Origin: Octopus sinensis
Lineage: Eukaryota
DNA: 64,000 nucleotides
NCBI RefSeq assembly: GCF_006345805.1
Contig: NC_042998.1
Location: forward strand, 204,538,001-204,602,000
Direction: 5' to 3'
Position numbers and translations under genes: made by a program. The notes under the pieces are model-generated. The model was not told the origin of the DNA. It saw only the letters and a program-made list of their open reading frames with translations, and searched no databases. Below are positions 11,661 to 23,460 of the stretch, one piece after another. How positions within the stretch are numbered: position 1 is the first letter of the stretch; every line of letters starts with the position of its first letter.

Positions 11661-12259
11661 GTGACCCGTGCAAGTCTGTTATGATAAAACAACAAAAAAT
11701 AAAGGAAAAAAAAACAAAGGATTCACATGGAATCAGAATAGGTTCTGATGTGGAATTGGCAAGAACCGAAAGTATAGAGTAGAAAATTTGGAATTATTTC
11801 ATTTGATATAAAACAGAATTATTTATAAAGAATTTGACAGATAATTTGGAATGCTTGTTCCAGCATGGCTTTAATCAGGACAGTTTTAAAAGAAACTAAT
11901 GTAGATGCACGATCTTCAAAAGAGTTTTGGTGAGGATGCTTTCAAAACAAATATTGAAGAACTGAGATCTGAAGATTGGTTACTGCAACTGCAGCAGGAA
12001 TGCTGGATGCATGGAGAGGAAAAAATAATTTCAAATTTTGGCACAAGGCCAGCAATTTCAGGGGAGGGCGTAAGTTGATTACATCAACCCCAATACTCAA
12101 CTGGTACTTATTTTATCGACCTTGAAAGGATGAGAGAGAAAGTCAATTCCAGCTGCATTTGAACCCAGAACATAAAGAGTCAAAAGAAACACTGCCAAGC
12201 ATTTTCCCCAGCATGCAAACAATTTTGCAAGCTGGCAGCCATATTAATAATAATAATAG

Positions 12260-12640
12260 ACCGTAACCAGTTGAGCATGTCCCTTAGTGGCTGACAATAT
12301 GTGCATCTCTGATTATGAGCAGAGGCAGTGGAGGAGCATCATAGCCATGTGTTGAGAGGGATCCTTTGGGATTTGAATAACTCACCGCTGGAAACATGGG
12401 TGCTTCGTTCAACATCCTTAAACAACCCTTATTCAGGGACCTTTTGAGCGGGATGGGTTACTCAACAAGAAAATCCTAACTGGGCCCTGCCTACAAGATC
12501 ATGTGCTGCATGTGCCTAGTGTACCCTTATCAGACGGGTAGTCATGATGGGTATACTGGGCTTCGTATATTTTACTCCAGTGTTACTTTGATGGCATGCA
12601 CTGCTCTCTCACTCAATAATAATAATAATAATAATAATGA
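12260..12640 (+). mobile_element. (TAA)n-tailed interspersed repeat, 3' part
   Basis: Reverse complement of 2450-2760 and 44945-45170. Ends CTCTCTCACTC(AAT)n. Confidence 0.75.
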
Positions 12641-13472
12641 ATGAATGAATGACAAACCGCTACTTAATTAAAAATGATAGAATATATTTTAATAACTTTT
12701 AAAGTTTAATTGAGATCGTTAGAGATGTAAGCCATGACTAAACTCTCACATACATAATTACATCAATAATTATCATATGTAATTAAAAGTGACCTTGACT
12801 GTGCCAATATCTTTCATTTAAAAATGGATTAACACTATCATCATCATTATCATCATTGTTTAACGCCTGTTTTCCATGCTAGCATGGGTTGGACGGAGCT
12901 CTCATATCCAAATATTTAATTGCACAATCGAAAGGCAAAGAGTTCTTCCAACACTGCCGACTATTTACTGTCAAGTTCCACATTGGAACTTATTGGCTCT
13001 GCCTCATTCAGTTGTTTATATTTCTGTTTTTGACTCATTTATTAATCTTCCGTTATCTGTCTTTCATAATTAATTCATAGCTCTACAAAATTCTTCTGTA
13101 TAGGCTTCAAGGAAGTTTCATTGCTTTTATTCACATCTTTTTTTTTTTTTTTTTTGGTTTAATCAGAGGTCAAAGGTCAAAGTAAATGACCTTTTGTAAA
13201 GATTCTGAGACTGAAGATGTCTGTGAGCAAATCAGACATCATCATAAAGACGATTCTGAAACGATTTACATAGTTATGACTGGAGTTAGTTCGATAGATC
13301 AGTGGCTCTCAACAAGGGTTCATATGGCCCTTGAGGGTTCATATGGCCCTTGAGGGTTCATATAAGATTTTGCTGTTAAAATTTATCTGCAATAAATTGC
13401 TTATACTTCGAAAATACACAAAATATTTTAATAATTTTTTCAAATACAATTCCTAATAATATTTAATCACAA

Positions 13473-13906
13473 GGCATAAGAGTGGCTGTGTGGTAAGAAG
13501 GTGGCGAGCTGGCAGAAACGTTAGAACGCCGGGAGAAATGCTTAGCGGTATTTCGCCTGCCATTACGTTCTGAGTTCAAATTCCACCGAGGTTGACTTTG
13601 CCTTTCATCCTTTTGGGGTCGATAAACTAAGTACCAGTTATGCACTGGGGTCGATGTAATAGACTTAATCCCTTTGTCTGTCCTTGTTTGTCTACTCTGT
13701 GTGTAGCCCCTTGTGGGTAGTAAAGAAATAAGAAACTTGCTTTTCAACCACATGGTTCCGGGTTCAGTCCCACTGTGTGGCACCTTGGGCAAGTGTCTTC
13801 TACTATAGCTTCGGGCTGACCAAAGCCTTGTCAGTGGAATTAGTAGACAGAAACTGAAAGAAGCCCATCGCATATATGTGTATGTGTGTGTGTGTGCATA
13901 TATACA

Positions 13907-13970
<64 letters not shown>

Positions 13971-13987
13971 TATATATATATAGAGAG

Positions 13988-14026
<39 letters not shown>

Positions 14027-14690
14027 AGAGAAGAAATGGAGCAATAATTAACAATGAGAAGTGGATCATTAGTGTTTAAAAGTCATTTAACAAACGTTTT
14101 TTTTCTTTTTCTTTCTTTTCCCTCTAATCATTCTGAAGATGTTTATTAAACATAATGAGGTAAATGCAAATTTACTCTGATGTGATAAACAGAAACACCT
14201 GTAAATGGTTCCAAACACAAACAATGACATTTAAACACCAATGATCCACTTTGCATTGTTAATTATTGCTCCATTACTTATCTTTTTTTATATACTAAAA
14301 CCACAGTCTTACCTTTAAATTACCTACTACCATACACCTTATAACTAGGACTATACATAGTGAGGTAATACACCAGGTGTACTATGGATATGTCTATCTC
14401 TTAGATGGTTACCTAACCTCTAACTTATATCTTGCTTAATATATATATGATGATGATATACATATATATATGTATATATATGCATTTGTGTCTGTTTGCC
14501 ACCCCACCATTGCTTGACAAGCAATGTTGGTGTGTTTACATCCCCCGTAACTTAGAGGTTTGGCAAAAGAGATTGATAGAATAAGTACTAGGCTTACAAA
14601 GAATAAAATCTGGCGGTTTGATTTGTTCAACTAAATGTGGTGCTCCAGCGTGGCCACAGTCAAATGACTGAAACAAGTAAAAGAATACAA
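13473..14690 (+). mobile_element. tRNA-derived SINE (family A, CORE-like CCTTGGGCAAGT) carrying nested SINE-B (13500-13730), microsatellites and a MITE (14035-14275)
   Basis: Head GGCTGTGTGGTAAGAAG is interrupted and resumes as CTTGCTTTTCAACCACATGGTTCCGGGTTCAGTCCC. Family-A tail at 14480-14690. Confidence 0.8.
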
Positions 14691-15554
14691 ATATAATAGG
14701 ATTTTGAAAACTTGAAATAGTTTAGGTGTAGAGCAAAGTAAAATATGAAGGAAAGGGGTCCCTCGGCAAAGAATGGCTGAGAATCCCTGGTGTCTGGATG
14801 ATGATGATGAGGAACGAAGCTGGCAAACAGCTTCACAGCGCTTTGTCTGTTTTTGACATTGTGAGTTCAAATGTTGCTGAGGTCAACCTTACCTCTCATC
14901 ATTTTAGGGCTGATAAAATAAGTACCGAATCGAGTAGTGAGGTTGATGTGATCCACTTGACCCCTCCCCACCAAAATTGTGCTTATAGAAGAAAGAATTA
15001 TTCTGTATGGTAAAACTGGACGAGAGGAAGCTTTGTGGACCAAAATGTACAGCAATACTGGACAGGTCGAGCATCATCATCATCATCATTTCAACATCCA
15101 CTTTTCCATGCTTGCAAAATTGGACAAAATACATTGAGGCTAATTGTTGCACAACTGGAGGCCCTTTCGTTCACTAAATCACACCTGTTTCCAAGTAGGG
15201 TAACATTTTCCCAAGGCCAGGAATATTTTCATGGAGGATTGGAGATGAAGGACACTGCTTATAGGATGGTGATGCTCGTTTACATGATGTTAAAACAAGA
15301 AGACAATAACGAGCACCTTTTATCTTTCGCTTGTTTCAATCATTCGACTGCGGCCATGCTGGGGCAGCACCTTGAAGAGTTTTTAGTCAAACAAATCAAC
15401 CCAGGAATTTTTTTTTAAACTGGGTACTTATTCTATCAGTCTCTTTTGCTGAACCACTAGGACATGCAAGTGTAAACAAACCAATACCAATTGTCAAGTG
15501 GTGCGTGGATGGGGGGAAACACAAACACACACAGAGATTCATATATATATATAT

Positions 15555-16010
15555 CACTATCATCATCGTTTAACGTCCGTTTTCCAAGCTAGCATGGGTT
15601 GGACGGTTCGACCAGGGTCAGGGAAGCCAAGAGGCTGCACCAGGCTCCAGTCTAATCTGGCAGAGTTTCTACAGCTGGATGCCCTTCCTAACACTAACCA
15701 CTCCGAGAGTGTAGTGGGTGCTTTTTACGTGCCAGTCAAGCAGTACTGGCAATGACCTTGCTCGAATCCTTTTACACATGCCACCAGTATAGGTGCCAGT
15801 AAGGCGACATTGGTAACGATCACGCTTGAATGATGCCCTTTTACGTGCCACCAGCACAGAAGCCAGTTGGCTGCTCTGGCAACAATCACACTCAGATGGT
15901 GTTCTTGGCACCCTACTAGCACATGCACAAGTGCCAGTAAGGCGACACTGGTAACGATCACACTCGAATGGTGACATTTATGGTTCACTGGCATGGAAGC
16001 CAGTTAGCCA
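15555..16010 (-). mobile_element. RTE 3' UTR with expanded internal modules, nested inside a minus-strand SINE-A
   Basis: (CAT)n-CGTTTAACGTCCG tail and repeated TTTTAC(G/A)TGCCACC...GCCAGT..GGC..CTGG.AAC.ATCAC modules. Flanked by SINE-A tail (15330-15540) and head (16030-16190). Confidence 0.75.
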
Positions 16011-16545
16011 CTCTGTCACACACACACACACATATACACGCATTGGGCTTCATTCAGATTCTATTGACCATATCAACTCACAGAGTTTTGGTCAGCCCAA
16101 GGCTATAGTATAAAACACTTTTCCAAGCTGCCATACAGAGGGACAGAACCCAGAACCATATGGTTGGGAAGCTAACTTCTCACCACTGCCATGTATATTT
16201 ATGTGTGTGTGTGTGTGTATATATATATGGATGGATATAGCAGACATGATGGGCTTCTTTCAGTTCCTGTCTACCATTCAGAAGGCTTTAGTCAGCCCAG
16301 AGCTACAGTATTAAACACTCACCCAAAGTGCCACACAATGAGATTGAATTCAAAACCACATGGTCAAGACAGAAACTTCTAAAACCACACAGCCACGTCT
16401 GCATCTAAATAAATTCTAAATATGGAATATATCGCTTGAACTTAAAGCCAGCCATCTCTATTTACACCACAAGAGATTCTATAAGGTGTCACCAGGCAAG
16501 GAAACTGGGATTAAAAACTTACATCAGGTAGATGAACCGTTTTAA

Positions 16546-17371
16546 CCCTTTTGTTACTCTAATCCTGGTGAAGCACTCTTCTTTTATTTCAATTAATTTT
16601 GAAAATAAGGTAGAATTTAGTAAAGCAACTTTATCATAATCCTTAGAGCGTAGGCGAGAAAGATATGCCATAATATACATCTGGAAGATCCTGGAAGGAC
16701 TTGTCCCAAACTTTGGCATCGAGAGTTACACAAATACTAGAACTGGGCACCACTGCATAGTGCCAAGTACTCCAAATTTGCCATCAAGATGTAGGACAAG
16801 ATACTGTGATAGCCTGGGCTTCAGAGGTCCACAGCTCTTCAATATCCTCCCAAAGGACCAGAGAGACCTGCATGGGGTGGATGCAGGTGTCTTCAAAATA
16901 AAGCTGGACCTCTTCCTGTCAGGTGTCCCAGATGAACCAACTTCACGGCAGGAGGTGCAGATGAGGGTAGCTGCATCAAACACTCTCATGCACCAAATGT
17001 CAATTGCTAAAAAGCATTCGTGAAGTAAAATCATGTAACAACACCAAATGACAGTGCCCCAGCATGGCCACAGCTCGTGAGCTGAAACTAGATAGAGTAA
17101 AAAATTTTAAAATCTGATGTTTGGAATAATAAATCAACATGAAATGGAAGGTTTTAATTTAAATTCCTTTAACCCTTTAGAATTCTTATTTCTCTGTCAA
17201 ATATTCTGCTCATTTACTCATATCGTTTTCAAGTAATCATGCATTCTCTCTCAGCTTCAAGATTTTGACAATGTGATTATTCATTTTCACAATGGCATTG
17301 TAGTGTAGGTGTGAGAGGCTGGATTTGGTCAGTTTGAACTTAAGAGCGCAGGCAGGATGGTATCTAAAGGT
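16546..17371. mobile_element. Nest of piggyBac-type (TTAA) MITE sequence interrupted by a CR1-type LINE 3' end
   Basis: TTAA|CCCTTT at 16542 and 17169, and AAAGGT|TTAA at 17375. 17173-17340 is similar to the intact MITE at 19254-19472. Confidence 0.55.
16650..17103 (+). mobile_element. CR1/L2-group LINE 3' end
   Basis: RRERYAIIYIWKILEGLVPNFGIE...GFRGPQLFNILPK..RDLHGV....FKIKLDLFLSGVPDEP, then 3' UTR GTGCCCCAGCATGGCCACAG. Confidence 0.85.
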
Positions 17372-17879
17372 TTAATCCTGCCAGACATCTCTTGTATTGG
17401 TGGAAAATAAAATACACCCAGCCAATGTTATAAAATGGTCAAAAGTGACAATAAAAGAGGGCATTCACCAACAAATGTTAACAGTTTTCTCTATTGATGT
17501 GAGATGAAGGACTGTAGCACATGGCAAGACACTATAGGATCCACCCAACCCATGCCAGTGTGGTACAGTGGACATAAAACAATGATGACAACAACAGGGA
17601 ATTCTACTGATCAAGGTTTAACAACCGGATTGGATTGGCCCAGCAAGTAAGAGGAAATATTGCCCCTCCTATAAGTTCCGTTGCTAGTGACTGTTGCACC
17701 ACCGAAAACCTTTTGGCTGCAACTTTTCCATATTTTTGTCAGTGTTTCTAGAACTATACTATTCAGCAAGTCCTTCTCTTCTTAAAACAACAGAATGTGA
17801 TTCAAAGTAGAGCTGGTCTTTATTTCTAAGAGGCCAAACAATTGCATCATACAGTTCTATATTTAAGTGATGAGGAATT

Positions 17880-18200
17880 ATGTACATTATCTACATTTGA
17901 CGGATATTTGTCCTCATCTTGCTTGTTATTAACACAATGTTTCAGCTGACATATCCTCCAGCCTTCTTCAGGTGTCTTGGGGAAATTTCGAACCTCGGTT
18001 CTCATTCCTAAAGTATTTTTTAATATTATTATTATTATTCAGGTCACTGCCTATAATCGAACTTGGAATCTTGGGGTTAGTAGCCCATGCTCTTAACAAC
18101 TATGCCATATGTCCGTGGGCATATGGTGTAATAATAACATCGAAAAATACCTTAGGAATGAGAACCCAGGTTCGAAATTTCCCCAAGACACCTGATGAAG
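17880..18200 (-). mobile_element. Palindromic tRNA-headed element with a minimal hammerhead motif (Penelope-associated / SINE-like)
   Basis: Inverted arms 17964-18020 and 18143-18200, symmetry centre CCATATG-TCCGTGGG-CATATGG (18105-18126). tRNA-like head 18106-18042 on the minus strand; hammerhead core 17975-17932. Confidence 0.7.
17932..17975 (-). ncRNA. Minimal type I hammerhead ribozyme motif
   Basis: ACAC-CUGAAGA-A-GGCUG(10-nt loop)CAGCU-GAAAC-AUU-GUGU: intact core boxes, 5-bp stem II, 4-bp stem I. Stem III has G>A relative to the AACGUU of the other two motifs. Confidence 0.65.
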
Positions 18201-18931
18201 TCTGTGTGCAAAGAGTGAATGTGTGCTCTTCTTTGATGTCACGTCTCATGAATGAACCTTTTTTGGACTGAATAGTGACTGGTGATGAGAAATGGGTTCT
18301 CTATAAAAATGTCAAGTGCTGAAGACAGTGGGTAGGAAAAGGAGAAACACCAGCACCCCTGGCTAAAGAAGGTCTTCACCCACATAAGGTGTTGTTACTT
18401 GTTTGGTGGGATATGAAAGGTTTAGTCCACTTTGAACTTTTAAACCCAAACCAAACAATAAAAAAAGGAGATCTACTGTGAACATCTTGAGCGGCTTAAG
18501 TCAGCACTAGAAGAAAAACGACCTTCTTTGGTTTCAAGACGAAAGATGTTCTTCCATCAGGATAAAGCTTAGCCACATACAGCAAGGATGACATTCCAAA
18601 GGTAGGAGAAGTTTGAATGAGAAACAATGCCCCATCACCATATTCGCTGGACATTGCTCCATCTGATTATCTGATTATTCTGCAGTCTTCAAAATCATTT
18701 GGACAGGAAAAATATGGATTCTGTAGACGGGTCAGAACAGTACTGGAGGAGTATTTTTCATCATGGACAAGTGAATTTTGGAAGAAGGGCCTTGCAAGTC
18801 TACCAGATAAATGGAAGAGCATTGCAGAAAATGAAGGAGAGTATATTTTAGATCAAAAAAGAATTTTATCTTAATTTTGAAAAATAATAGCAGTATAAAA
18901 AAAACTGCATTATTTATGGGATGACCCAATA
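18201..18931 (+). mobile_element. 5'-truncated mariner element (transposase pseudogene plus right TIR)
   Basis: FLD*IVTGDEKWVLY, GLHPHKVLLLVWWDMKG, FFHQDKA*PH, YSLDIAPSDY. Ends TGCATTATTTATGGGATGACCCAATA followed by TA. Confidence 0.9.
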
Positions 18932-18949
18932 TATTACGTATGTGGGTAT

Positions 18950-18992
<43 letters not shown>

Positions 18993-19253
18993 GTGTGTGT
19001 GTGGCTTTGTCTGTCCCTCATCATTGTTTACATCCCCATAATTTAGCAGTTTGGCAAAAGTGGTTGATTGAATAAGTAACAGGATTAAAAAACATTAAAT
19101 ATTGGGGCCAATTCCTTTGACTAAATTTTTTCAAGGCATGGCCACAGTCTAAAGACTGAAACAAGTAATAGATAAAAGATAATATTATAAAAAAAAAAGT
19201 GTTGACTTAAAAGCTAACATCTTTGGGTCTCTTGGGTCATTAACCACTTTTAA

Positions 19254-19472
19254 CCCTTTAGTGTTCAGATTATTCTATCAAACATAATGCTAATTGATTC
19301 ACATTGATTTGAATTAATCATGCATTATCTCATATCTTCAAGATCTTGATGGTGTAATTACTTAATGTAGAATAACATTGTAGGGTAGGTGTGAGAGCCT
19401 GGATCTGGTCAGTTTGAACATAAAACAGATTAACCACTTTGGCTGGATATGGCCGGTTTAAATACTAAAGGG
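19254..19472. mobile_element. piggyBac-type MITE, intact ends
   Basis: TTAA target duplication (19250-53, 19473-76) with TIRs CCCTTTAGT / ACTAAAGGG; non-coding 219 bp. Confidence 0.85.
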
Positions 19473-20508
19473 TTAAATAAGAAATAGTCAAAGAAATTTA
19501 ATGAAAATTCTTCAATTGGTGAAGAACAATAAAACATTTATGCAGTGTTATTTACAAGTTCAAATACGCTTCTGGCACGTTTGGAACGGTAATAAGATGA
19601 ACTGCTAATAAACCTGCTAAGCGCTCCCACTCCGTAATAAAAATTCAGTCCTATTATTATAAAGTTGAAATATTTAAGTGTGAAATATTTGTTTGGTGAA
19701 TAGTAATTAATATTGCATCGATATTTGGTCAGAAATTAGAGAGTTTTTGCTTTAAATTACTCACATTCTTCTAGATTTAATTCGCTGATAATTCAGCACC
19801 CTTAATGCTCAAGACCATTTGGGTAGCCACATAGACCCACACCCCAGGGATCAATACTGACTCATCATCACCATCATCGTTTAACATCCGCTTTCCATGC
19901 TAGCATGGGTTGGACGATTTTGACTGAGGGCTGGCGAACCAGATGGCTGCACCAGGCTCCAGTCATGATCTGGCAAAGTTTCTACAGCTGGATGCCCTTC
20001 CTAATGCCAACCACTCCGAGAGTCTAGTGGGTGCTTTTTACATGCCACAACTGTGATATGAACTGGAGAAATCACTATATCCCTTTATAAATTTTCTTTT
20101 TAACCCAACTCCCATCATTTCTAACCCTTAGTTTCCCTCAATATGTCTACAACCCTACTTACTCTTGGGTGTGAATTTGCCCCACACTTTCCACTTCCAT
20201 TGTTTCAATGTCATCAGATCTCTACCCTGACAAAGACTTCATTCTTGAGGAGAATTCCCTTTCACTCCATGCACAACCAGAATTTTAAAAAGGAAAAGAA
20301 ACCAAGAAAGATGAACATGATGCAAGAAATGATGGGAGGACAATCTTGCCTAGAACATTTCTTTACAAGGCATTAGGAAAGCCATAGAAACTATGTTGAA
20401 GCCCCGATATTAGAGTATGATGCAGTCCTTGCATCCATTGAACCATGTCAAACCATCCAAGCCGTGTTGGCATGGAACATGGATTTTAAATTTATGATGA
20501 TGATCTTT

Positions 20509-20743
20509 AATGCATTTCTCAAGATAGCTGGATGTGATTTGAGGGAAATTTAGCTGCTGTTTCTAGCAGCTTGAACAACTGCATAGAGGTACCATTGTTG
20601 TAGCAAAGATAGGTGTGACAAGACTGATTCTTATCACACCTATCTTCGCTGTAACAATGGTACCTCTATGCATTTGTTCATGCTGCTAGAAACAGCAGCT
20701 AAATTTCTCTCAAATCACATCCAACTATCTTGAGAAATGCATT
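20509..20743. repeat. Fold-back inverted repeat (115-bp arms, 5-nt loop)
   Basis: 20509-20623 is the reverse complement of 20629-20743 with 8 mismatches. Confidence 0.95.
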
Positions 20744-23385
20744 GGAAAATGTATTTTTAGATAGCATGGAAAGCGGACGTTAAACGATGATGATGATTAT
20801 GATTAAAAAAGAAAGGTTGGTCATGGTTGGAACTACTTGGAGCTGAACTGGAATAAACAACACAAACTTATCAAGAACTTGCCAAAGGCATAAACTTGTG
20901 CATTCCACATCCTCCTTAACAACACCATTCCATTAATGGTCAGTCACTCCACGACCATCACCAAGAATTCATCTCTCACAATATTGCCTCAGTAACAAGC
21001 TGACCCCTGAGAAACTTCTCCCTGCTTGTTTTCTCTCTTCTCAATGGAACACAGATCCCCCCACCCCCTACAGTGACTAGACCTACTATATAGCAGCTAA
21101 ATCATACTCAGGATCTTAAAAATGGATCAATACATTAGATAGAGTATTCTAAACTATAACAGACCTGATTATTTAAAGAGGAAAGCAAAAAAAAAACAAA
21201 AAAAAAAAGATAGCAGAGTCACAGCTGAAATGTCTTTGAGCCTGGAAGTTCTGATGGTTCAAGGCTAGATGGTAACTAAGAAAAACAAGTTTCTGAAAGC
21301 TGAAAACTTAAGATTAACAGCATTAATTCCACCAATGCATCACCCAAATCTCTCAGTCAGTAAAGAGAGTCTCAGTAGAGCTAAAGAACAATAGAATAAG
21401 AATTCTGTTACAAAAGTTTTAAGCAACCGGAAACTAAAAGATTAACAGGTGTGGTTGTGTGCTTAAGAATTTTGTTTCCCAGTTCAGGTCCATAGCATGA
21501 CACCTTGGGCAAATGCCTTCTACGATGGCCCTGGGCCAACCAATGCCTTGAGGGTGGATTTCCTAGATGGAAACTGAAAGAAGCCCACTGTTCTGTAAAT
21601 ATGACAACAAGCCAAAGCACAAATATATTTGGTAATGCTCCTCATTTCCTCATTCCCCACCCCTCTGTTGCAGTACCCAACCTTTAGGAAGGCGTGTGGT
21701 ACATCAGCTCAGCATATCTCGTAGTAACATTTGTAGCTTTAAAGATCAAGCCAATAGAGAATAATCAAATGACCGGTCAATGTGGACGGTCAACAAGTCC
21801 CAACCATTTGCGATTCATTGTACGATCAACTTCCACATCCAATCCTGGTACTACTCAGCCTTTCCACTGCTGAATACAAAAATGAGGATCACAAAAACCT
21901 CTGTTCGGGTGATTTTCTTAAGGCACCATCTCACCTTTCTAACCCCTTTTCATTCTGTTAACCTTCCCACATCCAAGGCAGTCAAGCTCTTTTGGTTTCT
22001 TTCACATTTGTATGGCCCTGAGTTTTTTTTTCCCCCCCCTTTGTCAGATTTTGTTTTTGGTCCACAGGATGTCCAATAATCATCCTTCTCACTAAACAAG
22101 CTTGGTGGAATTGCCAGTTTAGATGCTGATTACCCAAGTACGTGACAGGTTCTACTGGGTATTGATCTTAAGCCATAAGGCTGTGGGTTACAGGTTACCA
22201 GTAGCACACAAGAGGGAGCTGAATACAAAATACCAGATTAACTGACCACCGACAAGCACCAAGAAATGACAACCAGAATGACTGACTAATATATATGAAA
22301 AAGAACTATAGTTACAATCTTGAAACCTGCATATGCTAACCAACAGGCTCGCCTCAAACGAGTGGAACTCAGTCAGGGACCCCATCACAAAGACTGACAT
22401 TTTGGACAGCAAATTTTGTGTTTTTGAATGGCTGTTTTCCATGCCGTTAATTGTTTTAGCTTCAACAGTCTCAGATCAAATCACTGGTCAGACAAGTACA
22501 TTTCCAGTATGTGTGTAACTTTGTCTCGGCATCATGTGATGTTTACAAACGAGAAACATCTTCATACAAGCGATGTTGTTCGAACTCATTCTTCCGTGAA
22601 AGACATGACTGTCCATAGAAAATATTACCTTGCTTGGAAACACGTGAAGACCGGCGACAGGAAAGGCATCCGACCACAGAAAATCTGCTTCGACAAATTA
22701 GGTCTGACCCATTCTAAACATGGAAAAGCGAATGGTGGTTTAGATATTGTTCGGAATCATTTAATACAAGTAACAGAAAACAAACGGGTTTCCTAAACAA
22801 TCTACAGCCACGAGTATGTGTATGCATGCATGATCGTATGTATGCGTGTGTGTGTGTGTGTGTGTGTGTGTATGTATAGGGTGTTGCCTTGGTTTGGAAG
22901 AAATATAAAAAAAAAAGCCGTCGGCGAAGAGTTACTGCCCTTGTTTACCAATTCCTCTTGTTTTGATGTTTACAAAGATCTGAAGATATTCGAAATGATT
23001 ACCAAGAGAGCAAGTAAGAAATACTCAGACGTGATCGCTAACATCAATAACTGCACCGATTGCAATATTCCATTCGATAATTAAATTAATTCTGTGTTTG
23101 TTATTGATAACGACAACAACGAATAGACAATGGATTTATAAATATATTAAAATTAGTAGGCGGGGCTTCTAGATTTTACACACGATATATACACACACAC
23201 ACACACACACACGCGCATATATTTCTTCATTGCCCACAAGGGGACAAACAAAGGGATTAAGTCGATTACATCGACTCCCCAGTGCGAAACTGGTACTTTA
23301 TTTATCGACCCCGAAAGGATGAAAGGCAAAGTCGACCTCGGCAGAATTTGAACTCAGAACGTAATACAGACACACACACATGGAC

Positions 23386-23460
<75 letters not shown>

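Noticed and set aside
13308-13460. hAT-like left end (CAGTGGCTCTCAAC) with a 19-bp tandem duplication
   Set aside because: No matching right end or TSD found; too fragmentary to call.
13473-13760. tRNA genes at SINE heads (here and throughout)
   Set aside because: A/B boxes are present but there is no closed acceptor stem, and the heads run into SINE bodies.
20100-21050. Possible very decayed Penelope RT (LTLGCEFAP-like)
   Set aside because: Only faint motif resemblance across several frames; not supportable without a profile search.
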